From Tubulanus polymorphus (lineage: Eukaryota > Animalia > Nemertea), in assembly GCF_964204645.1 (NCBI RefSeq), contig NC_134025.1, forward strand, positions 27,818,299-27,882,298: a stretch of DNA of 64,000 nucleotides, given 5' to 3'. The notes beneath the pieces are model-generated. The model was not told the DNA's origin. It was given only the letters and a program-made list of their open reading frames with translations, and ran no database searches. A program made the translations under genes and the position numbers. This document shows positions 42,303 through 57,171 of the stretch, in pieces. Positions within the stretch are counted from its first letter, which is position 1, and each line of letters begins with the position of its first letter.

Positions 42303-45300
42303 ATGGCTTTACTACCGAAAGATTTCAGTTTTGAGGATATGGAATCGGACATTGATGAGATGGTGCGAGCCGATCTGACGTCATGCGGAAATCTTGCCTT
42401 ACCTCCCGTATTCAGTCAAGATGAAGAAGATGAAAATAACAGCGATCAGAATATGAAACTGTCAATTCGCGAAACCGAACCCGAAAATGATAATTCGGAA
42501 AATGTGTTTCTTTCACCGAATTCGAAACCTCAATTGAACGCTAGTTGCAGGACGACTAATCCGTTTCTGACGCCTAAATCGAAATTAAGCTCGAACATGA
42601 AAAACGTAGAAAACGACGTGTTTCTTTCACCGCGTCTAAACTTCGCGCGATCGGCGACATCTCTACGACAACCGTTCAGAGATATAACTCAAACTCACGG
42701 AGCGCCCGTTTTGATTACTCCTACGAAACCTAACGACAACGACAGCCCCGTTACTCCGACCGCAAATCTGAAAATGTTAATGAGCGCGATCAGTCCAGAA
42801 ATACGTATCAGAGATCAGAAAAAAGAACTTTTCAAACGTCAACAGAAAAATGAATGCACTAATTCCGTTTCATCGTCGACAGCTGTTTGCGATGATTTGA
42901 TGACTGATTCTAATATCGATGGTCACGGTAGTCGAAAGGATAAGTCCCTCGGATTACTTAGTCAAAAGTAAATACTGTGAATTACAAATATCTAAATCGT
43001 GTATTATCTAATATTTTTTAAGTCGCGATAACTTCATTCAATTTGATTTGATTTCAGATTTTTGTCGCGGTTTCCTGAATATCCAGATATCTGCCAGAGT
43101 ATTGAAATTGGCTTAGACTGTGTAGCTAAGGAATTAGGTATGAAATCTGGTACAGTAAAACCCACTTAATTCGGATCTTTTAGAACCAACAAATTTCATC
43201 CAGTTTACAAGAAATCTAGATAAAACATTTTTTACGTATAATAGTTAATGATATCCAGATCACATCAAAATCCGAATTGAACTGATTCTAATTAAGCTGG
43301 TTTGACTGTATAAAGCAACTGTGCTGATAGTTGTTTGTTATATCTCAATGCATTCATTTTTTAAAAATGGATTTCTAGGCGTAGAAAGGCGTAGAATATA
43401 TGATATCGTGAATGTTCTCGAAAGCGTTGAAATTGTGAGCAGAGTCGGAAAAAATAGATACGCGTGGCACGGAAAAACTAATCTCATCGCTACATTGTCA
43501 AAATTGAAGGTACATTTTGCTTCTGGAGAATTATAGAATTTTTACTTTATATATATATATATGAAACTTCAATTCCTCACTTCAATGTTCTTTCTCTAAA
43601 AGATTTTGCTGTATTTTTGTCATATGCTTGCTATTTTATTAGCTCGAATATGTCATGGTTTGTTTAAATACGAAATTATGCTTAAGTTTGAATATGACAC
43701 TTCTGTAAGTTGGTTATTATTTTTTGTGTTTTGTAGGCTTTTGGTTTGGCCGAGGGTTATCTAGAGAAGATAAACGTGATTAAACAACTGGAGAATTGTA
43801 AAGGCATTTCGGGAAATGTGTTCAAACAACAGCTGATGAAATTAGAAAGTAACGAAAACAATCAGTCTAGTATGGCATTAATGGCCGCTAAAGGTATATT
43901 CAGTGAACATTGACAACTATTTTTCAACCCTTGTTCAATTTGATAATCACTGAATGTATTCTATTTGATAGCTATGCTGAGAAAAGACAAATCGCTCGGA
44001 ATTATGAGTCAGAAATTTTTAATGCTGTTCCTTGTTGCTGATGTAAGTTCACATCCATTCATTATTCGCGTTTCCTCAGGTTAGGTTCGTGTTCACTGTT
44101 GTTGTATGGGGCCCCAATTTATGATTATATTTTCTAGCCGAGCGTGATAAATCTGGACTTAGCGGCGAAAATCATTATCGGTGAAGAAATAAACACAATA
44201 GAGCAGGCGAAATATAAAAGTAAGTCCATCATAGGATTAGTTGAGATTACGATGCAATTAGGATAATTACACGAGTCAGATTGACGTAATTGATGCGAGT
44301 CTGACTTGAAAAATGTGAAAAATCTGCGAAGAAAATGTCTGGAAAAATGTGTGGAAAAATAACAAAAGCCAATTTTAAGGATATGAAAAAAATGTGTTGA
44401 GCCTGGTATTTTGTTGTAAAAAATCAATGGGAAAAAATCCAATTCATAAAAATTCCAGAGTCCATCTGCAATCTGAGCTGGGTAGAAATAAAACCTATAT
44501 TTGAACCATCATGTTTTCTTCTTTCAGCTAAAATTCGTCGACTTTACGATATTGCAAATATCCTCACAAGTTTGGGATTGATTCAGAAATGTCACGTTAC
44601 GAATATCTCCGGACGGAAGCCCGGATTTAGATACATCGGACCACCGATATCTATGGATGGAGACACCGGTAGGTCTTGGCTATATCGTACACAAATCTGA
44701 AAAAATCTGCTCATAAAAATTTGAAATCAATGAATTTATCTTTCAGCTGAATCCACAGTTACACAGCCATCTGCGGCACAGGAGTCGAGGATTGACATAA
44801 AACCTGAAATTTCTACTCCCAAAAAACCATTCGCGAGACATTCATCGTTTGAACAGATTTGTCAGGTAGTCGAACAGGAACGAGACAAGTTGTATAGAGC
44901 CTCAAGATCTTCATCTCTCCCTTCAACTCCAAAGATAAATAAAGGTAACTTCTTCGGTCTTTTCATAACTAATCGCCATGTTTATTATTCGTGATTTTCT
45001 GATTTTTATGGTAATATTTTAATTTCAGTCGCAGTTCGTAAAATACCATCAGTTTCTGTGAAACCTGCGTTTTTCGCCAGGGGTTCGATCAAATTGACGA
45101 AACCGACTATAAATCCGAAAGTGTCGAGTCTATTGAAGTCTTCCGCGTCTTTGCGCGGCACGAAACCGGTGATAAAAACGTGTCAAAAACCGCAGACAAC
45201 GATTCTACAGGTCAGTAAGGAACAGCTGCAGGTGTTACTTGAAACACTGGCGAATAAACAGAAAAACAACGTAGAAATGGTGGATGCTTCAACTCAATCA

Positions 45301-46077
45301 TCACCTCATCCACCTCTTCCCGGTCTTAATGGCTATAAATCATCAAGCGTTGATGATGCCGTTTCTTCCAAGCGTTTGTGTGATACCTTCGAGCTACCGG
45401 CCAGTAAACGCTGTCATTTATCTTCTCACGACGCGGAGGTTGCTGAAATTAACATGCCCGCTATAAACAAGACTAGACTGATTTCGTACGGTCGACCATC
45501 TCCGTTGAGAGCGCTTCATTTAGAGCCGGAATTTAAGGTTAGCTGCTCGTCGTCGAGTTTTGACCTGATGGAAAATGAATTAGCTTCTCCGCTGTCGAGC
45601 GATTTCCTCGACGAGAATGATAATACGATGTCTTTTACTACGTTGGGTTCAGGTGATATTCCCCGCGGTGATGGCTGTCATTCAATTATCAATGTTCGAT
45701 CAGAGAGCGAATATAGCTCGAGTAAGATGTGCCTGTCTGTAGGCAGTGGCCGGCTTAATTCCGGTCATCCGCCGAAATTTCGACAGTCGGATAATCTGCC
45801 AATTTTAAGGTTGAATAAAACGGCGAACAATCTCACGCCGAATGTCGTCGGAGCGTGTAACACTCCGACTCGTCAAAATATAACCATGAAACCGATCACT
45901 TTCTCCCCAAAGTTGTCCGGGTATCAGAATACGCCGGGTGGATTATCTTGCTCTAAACAAGATGCCGATAGATTACGGCACGATCGATTTACATACACCT
46001 CAGTGAACCAACCACGTAATATTAAACGATTTCTACCCATCAGAAGACTTGCAATGCCTAAAGATAATTTAGAGTAA
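42303..46077 (+). CDS. E2F8: Atypical E2F transcription factor (E2F7/E2F8 family) with two DNA-binding domains
   Basis: [17 protein letters not shown]; DBD1 [15 protein letters not shown]...[16 protein letters not shown]; DBD2 [18 protein letters not shown]...[20 protein letters not shown]; long final exon ending at 46077. Probably the co-ortholog of vertebrate E2F7 and E2F8. Confidence 0.93.
43153..43308. mobile_element. Tc1/mariner-type MITE in an E2F7/8 intron
   Basis: TA|CAGTAAAACCCACTTAATT...AATTAAGCTGGTTTGACTG|TA; degenerate TIRs, TA duplication. Confidence 0.65.
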
Positions 46078-49000
46078 TCTGTGAAGGATTTTTCCCAGAT
46101 TGACCTGCTTGCGTATATTAGAAATGTATCATCTATAGTATTATGTATTCTATGTTTGTCTAATTCACAATTTTGTGCTATTGTTGAAATGTAACAAAAC
46201 TGCCAATTCTTTCTTAATTTTTTCGTAAAAGTAATGTAAACTAAAATACAGTATGTTCTGTATCCTTTTTCAATAACCAATATGTAAAATACATTCTTAC
46301 ATTCTTAATCAGTCAAAATAAGTAATTGCCAACATATGATATGAATAGATTTTCTACTTGTATTTCCGAATTCTTGAACAATTTGGAGATTATCGAACCT
46401 AGATTGGGTATATTATGTATCACTATTTCTGGTAGGAATATAAATAGATTAATTGCTGGTGGTGGGTTGCAGAGTATTCTTACAACAAACTGTGAAGGTA
46501 ATCATATCTTAGTACATTCATGCATGCTACTTTATAATTAATTTGTAAAATAGTAAATCGATTTGTAATTCTTCAAAAAATGATGTGCAATAATAAAGAT
46601 GATTATATAGTGATTTTGAAATATGATAATAATAGTATTTATTTTATTTCTTAGTAGTGAAAGTTATGCTGTGCTTTTAGTAAAATGTACTACACAGTAT
46701 TTATATAAATGGTAATTTTATGAGGAAGTTACTGGATGCCATGTGTTTCAATAATAAAGAGATTTATGCTCGGATAGAAGCCATGAATAAACCGACGTTG
46801 ACTGAATAAATAATATTATATTTATTTATTGTCTAGAACGAACTGAATTGTAAATGATTGTAATACGGAAGATAACATTGGTTTAGATTCAGTCCGTCTA
46901 TCGTGTGTGGAGTATTTAACCTTGAACCCAAGGTTTGCAAAACATGATACTTTCATTTTCATAGTTTATATCCTTCTTGGTATGCATGATGAATAAAAAT
47001 CTATTTAAGATGATAGCTGTTGATTTTAGTTATTTGCTGTGTGTGTGCTGGTTGTTGGACATTTGCTCTCGACAAATTGCGAATAGGAATGAACTTCAAT
47101 TTAGAATTACGTACGAAAATATGAAGTAATATTCAATTAAACATATACACTTTATTTCAACATCTTAGAGAAAAGGAGAAAGAGATTATTCTAACAAAAA
47201 TAATAATACTATACATCTGAGTAAGAGATTGACTAGTTAAACTTCCGCATTATCCTGGAAACATATTACAAATACAATACAATTACACCGATAGATACAG
47301 GACAAATCTTGGAGACCAAAAGCCATGGTAAACTAGAGTTACGCTGATTCATAGATGAGCAAACATTATTACGATTATACAAACATCTATTGAGAAAAAA
47401 ATCAATGATCATCATATAAATAGAAAATATTGGTAATGAAATATGAAAATGAATGTGCCGTTTACCCTGTTAAACAAACCATAAAACAATTGACAATTCA
47501 TTAATATTATACCTAGTAAATTAAAATCATTTTTTCAATTTTAGCTAAAACATTGTAATCCAGTGTGACTATCTTCCCAAAAAATTCAACGGTACTGTAC
47601 TGTTTTAAATAACAGTACCGTACAGTTTTTAAAAAACGAAATGTTTAAAGATTATCTTTTGTAAATGCATCAAACCATAAAATGATTCAGAATTGTCCCC
47701 AAATTTAAGCATGTCAATAATTTCATCATTGAAGTATAAATCGACAGATATTCTATTTATACATATACATATAATGATATGAAGTTCAGTTACCTTCCTC
47801 CGTATGGATTATTGATGTAAAGCCATCTAATATTCTAATTATTTCATTGAGCTGTTTCTTGCAAATCAAGGGAAGATCATCAGAACTCGGTGTATGGTTC
47901 CACCATAAAAGCAATGACAGCAATAATAATGCAAAACAGGCCCGGAGCTTTATTGTATCAAAGCCGTTACTCAGGCTAATAAAGCTACGTGACATTGTAC
48001 CTTGTTTCGCTGGTGTGGGTGGTTGGAGAAAAAAAATCATAGGCGAATGAGCTTTACAAAAGAATATGCATTTATTGCTATAACAACAAATGCTGATTAT
48101 GCCAACTCGTCTGCGGTTTGATGAGATTCTGAAATATAAAGGCTTATCACCAACATCCAGCTATTTGATACCAGTAGTGCCATTTAGAGAGTACTGGGTA
48201 TGAACAGTAATACTTCACCAAATCTCGTAATAAAATGTACCATGAAATTCATGAATATTCTTTAAATCACAAGGTTGTTAACCATTAATTTACTTATAGG
48301 CTCGATGAAAACTGGTTTTAGCAACAAACCACAATCGTGCAGGTTTCCTGAATTTCCTCTAATTCATTGAATTATCAAAGTTTGATGATTACTAGATAAA
48401 ATCCTCTTGAATTGCAATAATCATTTAATACCTCTACATGGCCATGCCGGTGAAGAAGTTTTCCTCTATGTACCTCTAGTTCAAACTAGGTACCAGTATT
48501 TGGTTTTTACGTCTATTTGATCACATACTTTCTGAACATAGACTAATGTATATACATTCGGTACAAATATATCATGTATCATGTACAAAAATATACTCGG
48601 TACATACAGTTTCTTATGTATTTTCTTGTGTAATGTTATAAACTCTGAGAGTTTTACTTAAAATGCACTGTTATTACTATTACCAAAAATACATAAAGAG
48701 GATGTATTTTTGCTATTACTTGTTGATAACCATTGGTTATACCACAAAAAAACAGAAAGTCTTTTACGTTCCTTCATAAATTGTTCCACTTCCTACCTCT
48801 TCCTGTACATTGAAATATCATTTACTGATAATCAGAAATACCACACTTTTCTATTCTGCAATCGAATATTACATTTTTTGTCATGGTTATTATGAGTACA
48901 CGGTCAATATTATGCAATGGTGATGAAGAATCATATTATGTTTGATTTCAACCAGTTTGATATAAGCAATTCCATACACTGGACGGACGACTTATTTATA

Positions 49001-49401
49001 ATTATGCTGGTGTTTGTATAGTTTTACCATGCACTGACAGGGAGTGGTACCCGGTAGCAATCACGTGAATGTTCATATGAAAAGAATCCGTACCATAACT
49101 ACACTGTTTTCATAGCTCACATTCGTCAAGCTTTCTCATCCTTTTACAATGATATAAAACCAAAAAAGAAACCATAGATGAAGAGAGCGCATAGTTAATA
49201 ATAGTTGTAACCTTATGTATATATAGATCCGTGAACGTGCTGTTTGTAAGAACCAATTATTTGTCCAATTAAGGGATAAGAGAGCAGAGTTTCGACATGC
49301 TGTGTGCTAGCTGAGAATATACATAAGTCACTATGATGCGTCTAATACTAATTAGCAGCACGCTCATATGGAAGGCACTGGAAATGAATCCAATCATTGA
49401 A

Positions 49402-52400
49402 TTATACATTTACACTCGTCTTAGAAGCAAATTTATGTTCGACTTGTGGAGAATAAGATTCAGGGGGACTCTCTTGAAATACGGATACTTGATCATGAGC
49501 GACAGTCTGTTTAACTTGAGGATATTCGCTATTAGTATTACTTTGGTCACGATCAGTTTCTGATGACTTTGAAGCAAGCTGTTGAAAGAAAAAATAGGAT
49601 CGATGTTAGAGATTATGCTTCTACAAAATCAAAGTCAATGATATTTGATACAAATCTTTATATCAGGGGAGGAGGCCATATCATGTTACGTGGTAGAACT
49701 GAGTAATGAACAATGGCAAATAGCAGTTCTTACATAAGGCAGTTATTAGAGTAATAAATGACCACCTTAACTACATACTGTAGTAGGAGATGAAGGAGGA
49801 GAATGAGATGTTGATCCTCGTGATTGAGAAGCCGTTGTTAATGGTCGAGTAACAGATGTATGTGAAACTATTGAGATCCGTCGTGATGCTGTAGATAGAG
49901 TTCTTCGTCTCATGCTACCTCTGCGTAATTCGCCGTCTTCGCTGTCCTCCTGAAATCATAACCGTACAACACATATAGATAAAGCTCCCTTTCACTGTCA
50001 TGAACACTGTTTCCAAAGTTATAATTCAAACGTTGATCTGGGTGAACGTACAAATTAAAATATGTACGAAAATCCCTCAAACGTATTATGAATACCAACA
50101 TAAAAGAATAGCCTTAGAGCGAAACGATTTGTCGCATACAAAGTTTTCCAGGATCACAGGAAAGAAGTAACGGAATAAACAGAGCGAGGCCTCGGGGAAA
50201 AACAGAACTAGCTGGCAATGAATGTTTATGAAAACTGACTGTATTAGGAAAATCATAGGACAATTAACGGTTTTCTGACACATCAAGCTACGTACATCTT
50301 CAGACAGAAGAGCCGAGCCATCAGATGCCTTTCGTCTTCGTAATTCTATTAGCAAGTCCTTGAATTCATCCCGTAATTGCTCAATCTGGTCGGCCAATTG
50401 CTGTTCGTCGCTAACAAATGTACTGCCATCATCATCAATATTATCGTATTTCGATTTCATGTCCTGCAACTGACTTTGTACGAGCGACATTTTTCGTTGG
50501 AGCTGCAAATAAATCAGAATATACGACGACCTTAACAACGATCTAAATCAAACCTTTAATTGGATTCAGCGTGACTCGATAAATTGAGAAACTGTGAAAT
50601 CACTGGAGTGATAAAACACACTGAATAAGATTGATGAGCTCAGGTAATAAATACACTGTATATACATGGGTTTAAAATGCAGTTTTGATTATGAAGATAA
50701 ATTCATAATCATTCCGATAACATTTTTACAGTGACCTTAGTCAGATATATCCGCAGACATCAGTCAATTCTCAATTTGGCCAATGATATGGAAAAGGAAA
50801 AAGCAACCAGTAATATCCAATATTGCCTCAGGGAAAACGACAACCTGCATCATGCATAATTCAAGAGGCCATGTTATTCTGTGTCAGTGTAGAAGTTTAT
50901 AATCATCCGCAGACACCTACAGTGTATCCTGTTTAACCCTTTTGACCGTACAAAATCTAAATATTAAAAATCAGCAGTTGATTACTAATTACTACCTGAT
51001 CAATGTAACCTGATCATCGATTATCATCGATGATAATGATCATCGATGATAGAACAACATTCACCATCATATTTTACTCGTGTTTATCTCAATAAGGAAG
51101 TAAAATGTATGAATTTGGAATCGGTCTTCGGATATCACAGTAATTGTAGCTACTGAGATAATGAGGTTCCAGTAGCTACCTCAGCAATCATCAATTCTGA
51201 TGTACCCCTAATCTACTATATTTCAGGTGAAATTAGGTGGATAATAAGAAAGTAGGAAGATTCAAAGCTTTTTTTACCTCCTCGACTGTGCAATCAGACT
51301 GAGATGGAATGGAGTCATGATAAGGCTCTAAACGTCTTGATGGATGCTCTCCGGGAATCCTACGATTCGCCAGTAAATGGCTCAGTCTATTCATCTGTAA
51401 AATAAAAGTACAGCTGCTTAAAATGGCCACTGGTAATGTCTGAATGATGAGGGGTATATTCATAATGCTAATGATCCATGTTTGAATCAGTGCCTCACAT
51501 AGCATTCAATCAGGTAGCCTATTATCATTAAATATGCTCATCGATGACTGATGAGCTATCTACATTCTATGACCTTTCAACTGATATGAATCCAGTTCAG
51601 AAGACCATGTATCACCAAGGACTCAATAACCTCGTTTTAAACGCCTAATATAATGTACTTTGTAATTTGGAGCAGTATTCTCGTAGACACAGACAAAGAA
51701 AATATATGCAATCAAATTTTTATCTTTGGACATTAGCAACAGGTGATATAGTCATCGCATCAACGCAAACATATTAGTCCTAATGGATCTTACCTGGAAA
51801 ATGAAATCTCTGGTGAGAATGTGAGGATTAGACAATACAGCTCTGTCGGCAATAACTGCCATTCGCACCTGATCAGAATAAGTCAGGAACGAAATAGATA
51901 ATCCTATTTCATCACGCGGAGGTACCCAAAACATTACTTCCTTTATTTCGCGTGAAGCAAATGTTTGTTCGATGCTAGGTCCTTCTAGGTTACTTATAAT
52001 ACAGGAAGAATGGTTATTGATAGAATTCAAAATCATATGGCTAATGCATTCAGGTAATAGATAACTTAATATGCCGACCGCGCCGAACAGCAAGGGCGGA
52101 TCAGCCGAGTTCTTCAAATCTTCCATACGATGTTTCAATTCCCAAAGACGCGGTATCGCGCCCTCAGTATTAGTAGGTAGAACGATCTGTAATAATGAAT
52201 ATTTGGCAGCCATGTCGACGCTCGACGCATCCGAACGCAGATCAACAGTAAGAGTAGCCAACAAATCATACGGATTTTCGATACCGCGTAGTTGTTGGTA
52301 AGTCCGCATCGTACCGGCAGCGACCGACATTAGAACGTCGTTGAGCGTACTTCTCGTCACTTGTTTGATTCTCGTCGCTTGAGCCATACTGAACGGTTCC

Positions 52401-53590
52401 GACCACGATATCACTTTTTTGCCCGATAAACGCGGTCCGTGGAATATGTTATAATCGGTGCGCGTAAAGAGCCATTTCTGCAGAAACACGAGCGGTCCGA
52501 CGATGACAGCGCGGATTATATTGAAGACTAGAACTCGACTAGCGAAATGCGTTTTGAAATTACATAATAAATTACTATCGTCGACAACACTTCGTAATAA
52601 GATGCGCACGAGCGAAACTCCATCGGTTAATGATGGATGAATTCTCAGTAATAATACTGTATCTTTTGATTCTCCATAATCAGTCAGTATATGAACGTCC
52701 CATAATGGGCGGTTTAATGGTAATGGTTTTGTAGCCTGTACAGATATGTATTCCTCTAAATCTCGCCTGAATTGGATATTTTTTGGCATCGCGACGAAGT
52801 GATTGTTGATATTGAAATCCGGATCGGTGACCCACGCGTATCCGCACGTTAACTCGATTATCTTTTCGGAAAATTTCGGGTACATTTTGTGCCCGCTTTT
52901 GCATTCGGCGCTGATTAATCTGGCGTTTATCAAATCTCGAATGCGAGACATGTCGAGACCTTGTTCCATCGTAATCAAACACTGAGTTACCATACGATTG
53001 GCAGGTGTTTCTGTCAACCAAAATGTATCGGTGTTGGATACGATGTTAGCGCAGCAAGTGGCTTCGTGATTACGATTTTGGGAACACCGGCAAGCGCAGC
53101 AATCGAAACACCGTCGAATAACGACGCAAATCGGCAACAAAACCACCACTAATCCCATCACCGGACAAAACAACGCCAACGCGAACACGAGGAAGAATAT
53201 TCCGATAAAAAACGACGATAGTAAACTTTTATCGGCCGGGTGTTCTAAACGTTTATACGGAGCACTCGGATATAGCGGCACATGTTTCTCTAAATCTACG
53301 TACGTCGTAGATGTCATTGTTGTCTGATATTTAGACATCTTCGAGTCTTGCGTGTTGTTAGTTACTGGTGAAAGCGTGTCTTGCCGCGCGTTGGTTACTG
53401 AAGAAGAAGCCGTGCCATTAATTCGCTCAACGACTGTAGCAGTTTTTAACGATTCACCCAATGATGGAATGCTTTCACATTTTAAATTCTCTCCTCCGTC
53501 GCTTGCGTGGCGACTATCACGCAATTTGTTAATGCTGCTGCATCGATCAGCCCACACCCCATTGTCACCATGGGTGATTACAGTAGCCAT
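49402..53590 (-). CDS. WS/DGAT (wax ester synthase/diacylglycerol acyltransferase)-family membrane protein, about 822 aa, with C-terminal coiled-coil and Ser/Arg-rich tail
   Basis: Exons 53590-51794, 51394-51278, 50502-50296, 49949-49779, 49578-49402, all phase 0. Family motifs WVTDPDFNINNH, PLPLNRPLWDVH, RIHPSLTDGVSL, TLNDVLMS, VDLR, ISNLEGP, GLSISFLTYSD; N-terminal hydrophobic segment followed by a Cys cluster. Confidence 0.85.
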
Positions 53591-54373
53591 TGGACGCTGA
53601 CATCAGGAATCTGTGACATGTTCCCTAAAAATACGAAGCATAAGAAACTGACAATTAACAACAGTGTCATCAGTATTCATAATCAGTGGTGACAGCGATC
53701 ACCAACACCTCAATTACTGACAATAATGGGACAAAACCGGCGCAATTGAATCATAAAATGTGATTCGATCATTTTTTGTCCTACCCTATGATTTGGTCAA
53801 AAAATCATATTATATCTGTCCACAGAAATATTACCGATAAGGAGGATGGGCTGAACGTTTCATGTCGATCGTATGCCTTTTCGTCCACACCTTCATGAAT
53901 GAACATGTCTTCTCAAAATAGAGACATTTCTCAGTAAGACAGGGTTCTCATCTTAGACAAACATCGTATGTTTGAGCGTAGCGTTTGAAATATGATCAAT
54001 TTATACGTAAAGTAGGGCATTCTCTATCACGTCAAGACTCTACTGTCAAATGGTTTACTCCTGTCTACGTAATTGTCTAACCATTACGTGCCATAAATTG
54101 AAATTAAATATTCATCACTAACGATGAATCTAATCGAAAAACAGGCCGTATATCTGAGAACAGTGAGTTCAACGATGAAAAATGATTCATAGAAGATGAA
54201 AAAAAAAACATTTATTCATTCCTAACCTTATATAACTACTATTGATCAATTGAGGGATATACAATGGGGCTCGCCGTCGCTATGGACACCAGGTGGCGTG
54301 TGTGCGTTAGTAGCCATCGCGTATCGACTTCCGCTCACTTCCGCGCTCGATTTCCTACTTTTAAATTGTAATA

Positions 54374-57171
54374 ATGTCAGAGAATTACGGGTCATGGACT
54401 GTACCGAAGCTGAAACAAGAGTTAAGCCGACGAGGTGCGGTAACCTATGGGAGGAAAATCAACCTAATTGAAAGGTAATTTAAATGTCGATCATATTTCC
54501 ATGCGGTTGATGGTGTTCAGTCGTTTAGTCTGCGCAAAAATGTTGCAATGATCATGGAATCAACAGTGATTTTTTGCCAAAATCATCGATGATTCTAGAC
54601 CTATGCTCAAGTGAAATGAACGTGTTTTAATAGATCCAGAGATGAAAGCTAAACCTCAGTGGGTTGTGGGTCAGGGTATAGTACAAGTTTACCGTCACCA
54701 GCCCGGGCTGCGAGGATGGCTATGGCCGGTCCCACGCGTCCCGTCCCGCGATATCTTTCATTATTTTTCGGTTTTCATGTCCGGAAAATAAACATAATGC
54801 ACATAAAAGTCATCGATAAAACGTTTTTTAAATCACTATTTGATATTATGATTGCCTTGAGAAGTTTAGATGGCAATGTTTATATCTTGAAATGTAGGGA
54901 TTATTATCGGGATGTAGGACGCCTTGTCAGCTAACCATCGCAACAGCTGAGTTACCACTGGCGCCATCTATCGAACATGAATTGAAGCTGATGCCAAATT
55001 TTACTGCCAATGTATCCATAAATCATTGGACATGTCTGCTGCTGTGTCTAGTCTCTATTGAATTTTTATATGTTATTGGAATTATAGTCAGAACCCTGAT
55101 CAACTTGAGGTGACGGTAAACTGAATACCTTACTTATATACCTTCTTACCACAACACAGTTGAGTTAAATACAAATCTGTATGACCATGGACGTATAGAC
55201 GTCCATGCTTGGAGTAATCATTTCGATGTAACATTTCAACTCTGGGTCAACTTTCTGTTAGTTGATTGAATGATTTTTGACATTAGATGTTTATATTTCA
55301 TGATTATTTCGTGTTCATTGCAGATTAGAAGCATACGGCCGTAACAACGATTTTAGGGGACCGGCCATAACATTACCACAAGAAACAGTTCCGGAATGGC
55401 CCACATGCGGTTTCAAACAGCTTACAAATGATCATAAGATTGTATTGCCAAAATTCAATATTGACACAGTAACTGCATATTTCACGTATAGAATGGCAAT
55501 GGACAACCACTGTACCAAAGACATTAAAGCTATTGAGAAGGGTCAGCAGCTCATAGAATCGCAACGTGTTCAAGCCTGCAGTATTCTCATCAAAAGCGGA
55601 ATTGTTTATCTGACTGGATTAGTTGGTGCTGCTATGAAAAAAAAGGTAGGCCAGTTTTATATTTCATCAAAATAACACAATATTCCCTCCTTTAAATCCA
55701 CATAAATCTGCAATACAACTGTATTCTTAAAAGGTTGTAATGTAGCAAACATTGTTGATTAGTTTATTTTTATATTTCATTGCAGATCTCATACTCGTAC
55801 CAGATATCATTGTCTCAAACAACTGGTGAATTCAGAAACAGCCATTGTGAGTGCCCTGCCGGTAAGGGTCCTAATGGGACCTGTAAGCATGTCGCGGCTG
55901 TACTTTTGATGTTTGCTAATTTTGTGTCATCAGATGGGCCTAACGCTCCCGAAATACTTAAATCGTGTACGGAAAATCTACAAACATTCCATAAGCCCAA
56001 GTCTGTTTATACTGGTAAGTTGTTTGGTTACATCGCCACCATTCAGCAAATTCGTACCCTATATATCTTATTTTTTATAAATTCTGATGTAATGGCAATG
56101 TTTTACATAATGTACTTGGTTTTCAATTTTTAGCTCGGCTGTGACCTTGTTTAAATTTACCCGTCACTTCTTAACAGGTTCCCCTGTCAAGGCTGGTGAC
56201 TTACCTCTATCAAAATCAAAGAAACGCGAGGTATCAATGGAGGATCCAAGGCCTGTGAAATACCGGAAATCAGCTGGATACGAGGATTATGTCCGGGGAA
56301 TTGTCCTTAATTACTGCTCTGTATCGTCTTTAGACCTACCCATCAAGTATAAGTACAAGAAAGCCGATATCAAAACAGCAGCAATTGACCATGATTATCT
56401 GAAAAAAACTTTGCTTGAATATTGGGTGGAAAACTCTATTAAGGTAAGTTTTTAATCAACGTGTCTGAGAGTGACCTATGTTATCCTTCCCTCTGTGCTT
56501 ATAATTAATATTCCATTTTGCCTTTTCAGTTAAATGAAACACAGGCAATATTACTAGAAAGGAGTACTAGGAAGCAGGCAGAATCTAGTCAATGGTTTCA
56601 GGAAAGGCAGCTACGATTAACTGCATCTCGTTTCGGTGAAATTGTTTCGCTCACGAAAAGGCGCAATATCGACAAATTGTGTAAATCTCTTCACGATAAT
56701 ATTCCGTTGAGAAATGCTGCTGTTTGCCATGGAAAGACATTCGAAAGTAAGGCGATAGCGGCTTTTGAAGGTAAATTCTCCGTTAAAGTACAGCCTTGCG
56801 GACTTCATGTGAGGCCAGATATAGATTATCTAGGCGCGAGCCCAGATGGCCTTGTGTCTGAGGATGCCATTGTTGAAGTGAAATGTCCGTATCGCGGTAG
56901 AAATGAACTTATTGCTCCGGGGCCATACTTCAAGTTTCTTAGTGCAAAAGATAAGAAGCTGAAACGTTCGCATAATTACTATGATCAGATTCAAGGACAG
57001 TTGCATATTTGCAAACGGAAAATGTGCTATTTCGTTGTTTATACTCATAAGGACCTTTATGTAGAGAGGGTTTATCATGATCAAAAACACTGTGAACTAT
57101 CTCTGCTTCCAAAATTAGAAATCTTTTATAGGAAGTACTATTCAAAGTATTTAACAATGCATGCGTTCTAA
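54374..57171 (+). CDS. Transposon-encoded SAP - SWIM zinc finger - YqaJ (lambda-exonuclease-like) protein
   Basis: Exons 54374-54474 (MSENYGSWTVPKLKQELSRRGAVTYGRKINLIER/L, SAP pattern; not in the ORF track), 55324-55645, 55786-56014 (CECPAGKGPNGTCKH, SWIM), 56178-56443, 56530-57171 (W..ER..RLTASRF, HG..FE, LGASPDG, VEVKCP, YYDQIQGQL); all phases match. Confidence 0.88.
54686..55122. mobile_element. Possible nested MITE in intron 1 of the exonuclease gene
   Basis: 14-bp perfect inverted repeat AGTTTACCGTCACC / GGTGACGGTAAACT; no TSD found. Confidence 0.5.

Noticed and set aside
52071-53692. Plus-strand ORFs over the WS/DGAT exon, and similar antisense ORFs over ACAT1, E2F7/8 and the transposon genes
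   Set aside because: Antisense shadows of real coding exons with no independent motifs.
56530-57171. YqaJ nuclease as evidence of phage or bacterial contamination
   Set aside because: It is the last exon of a spliced gene inside a TIR-bounded eukaryotic transposon.
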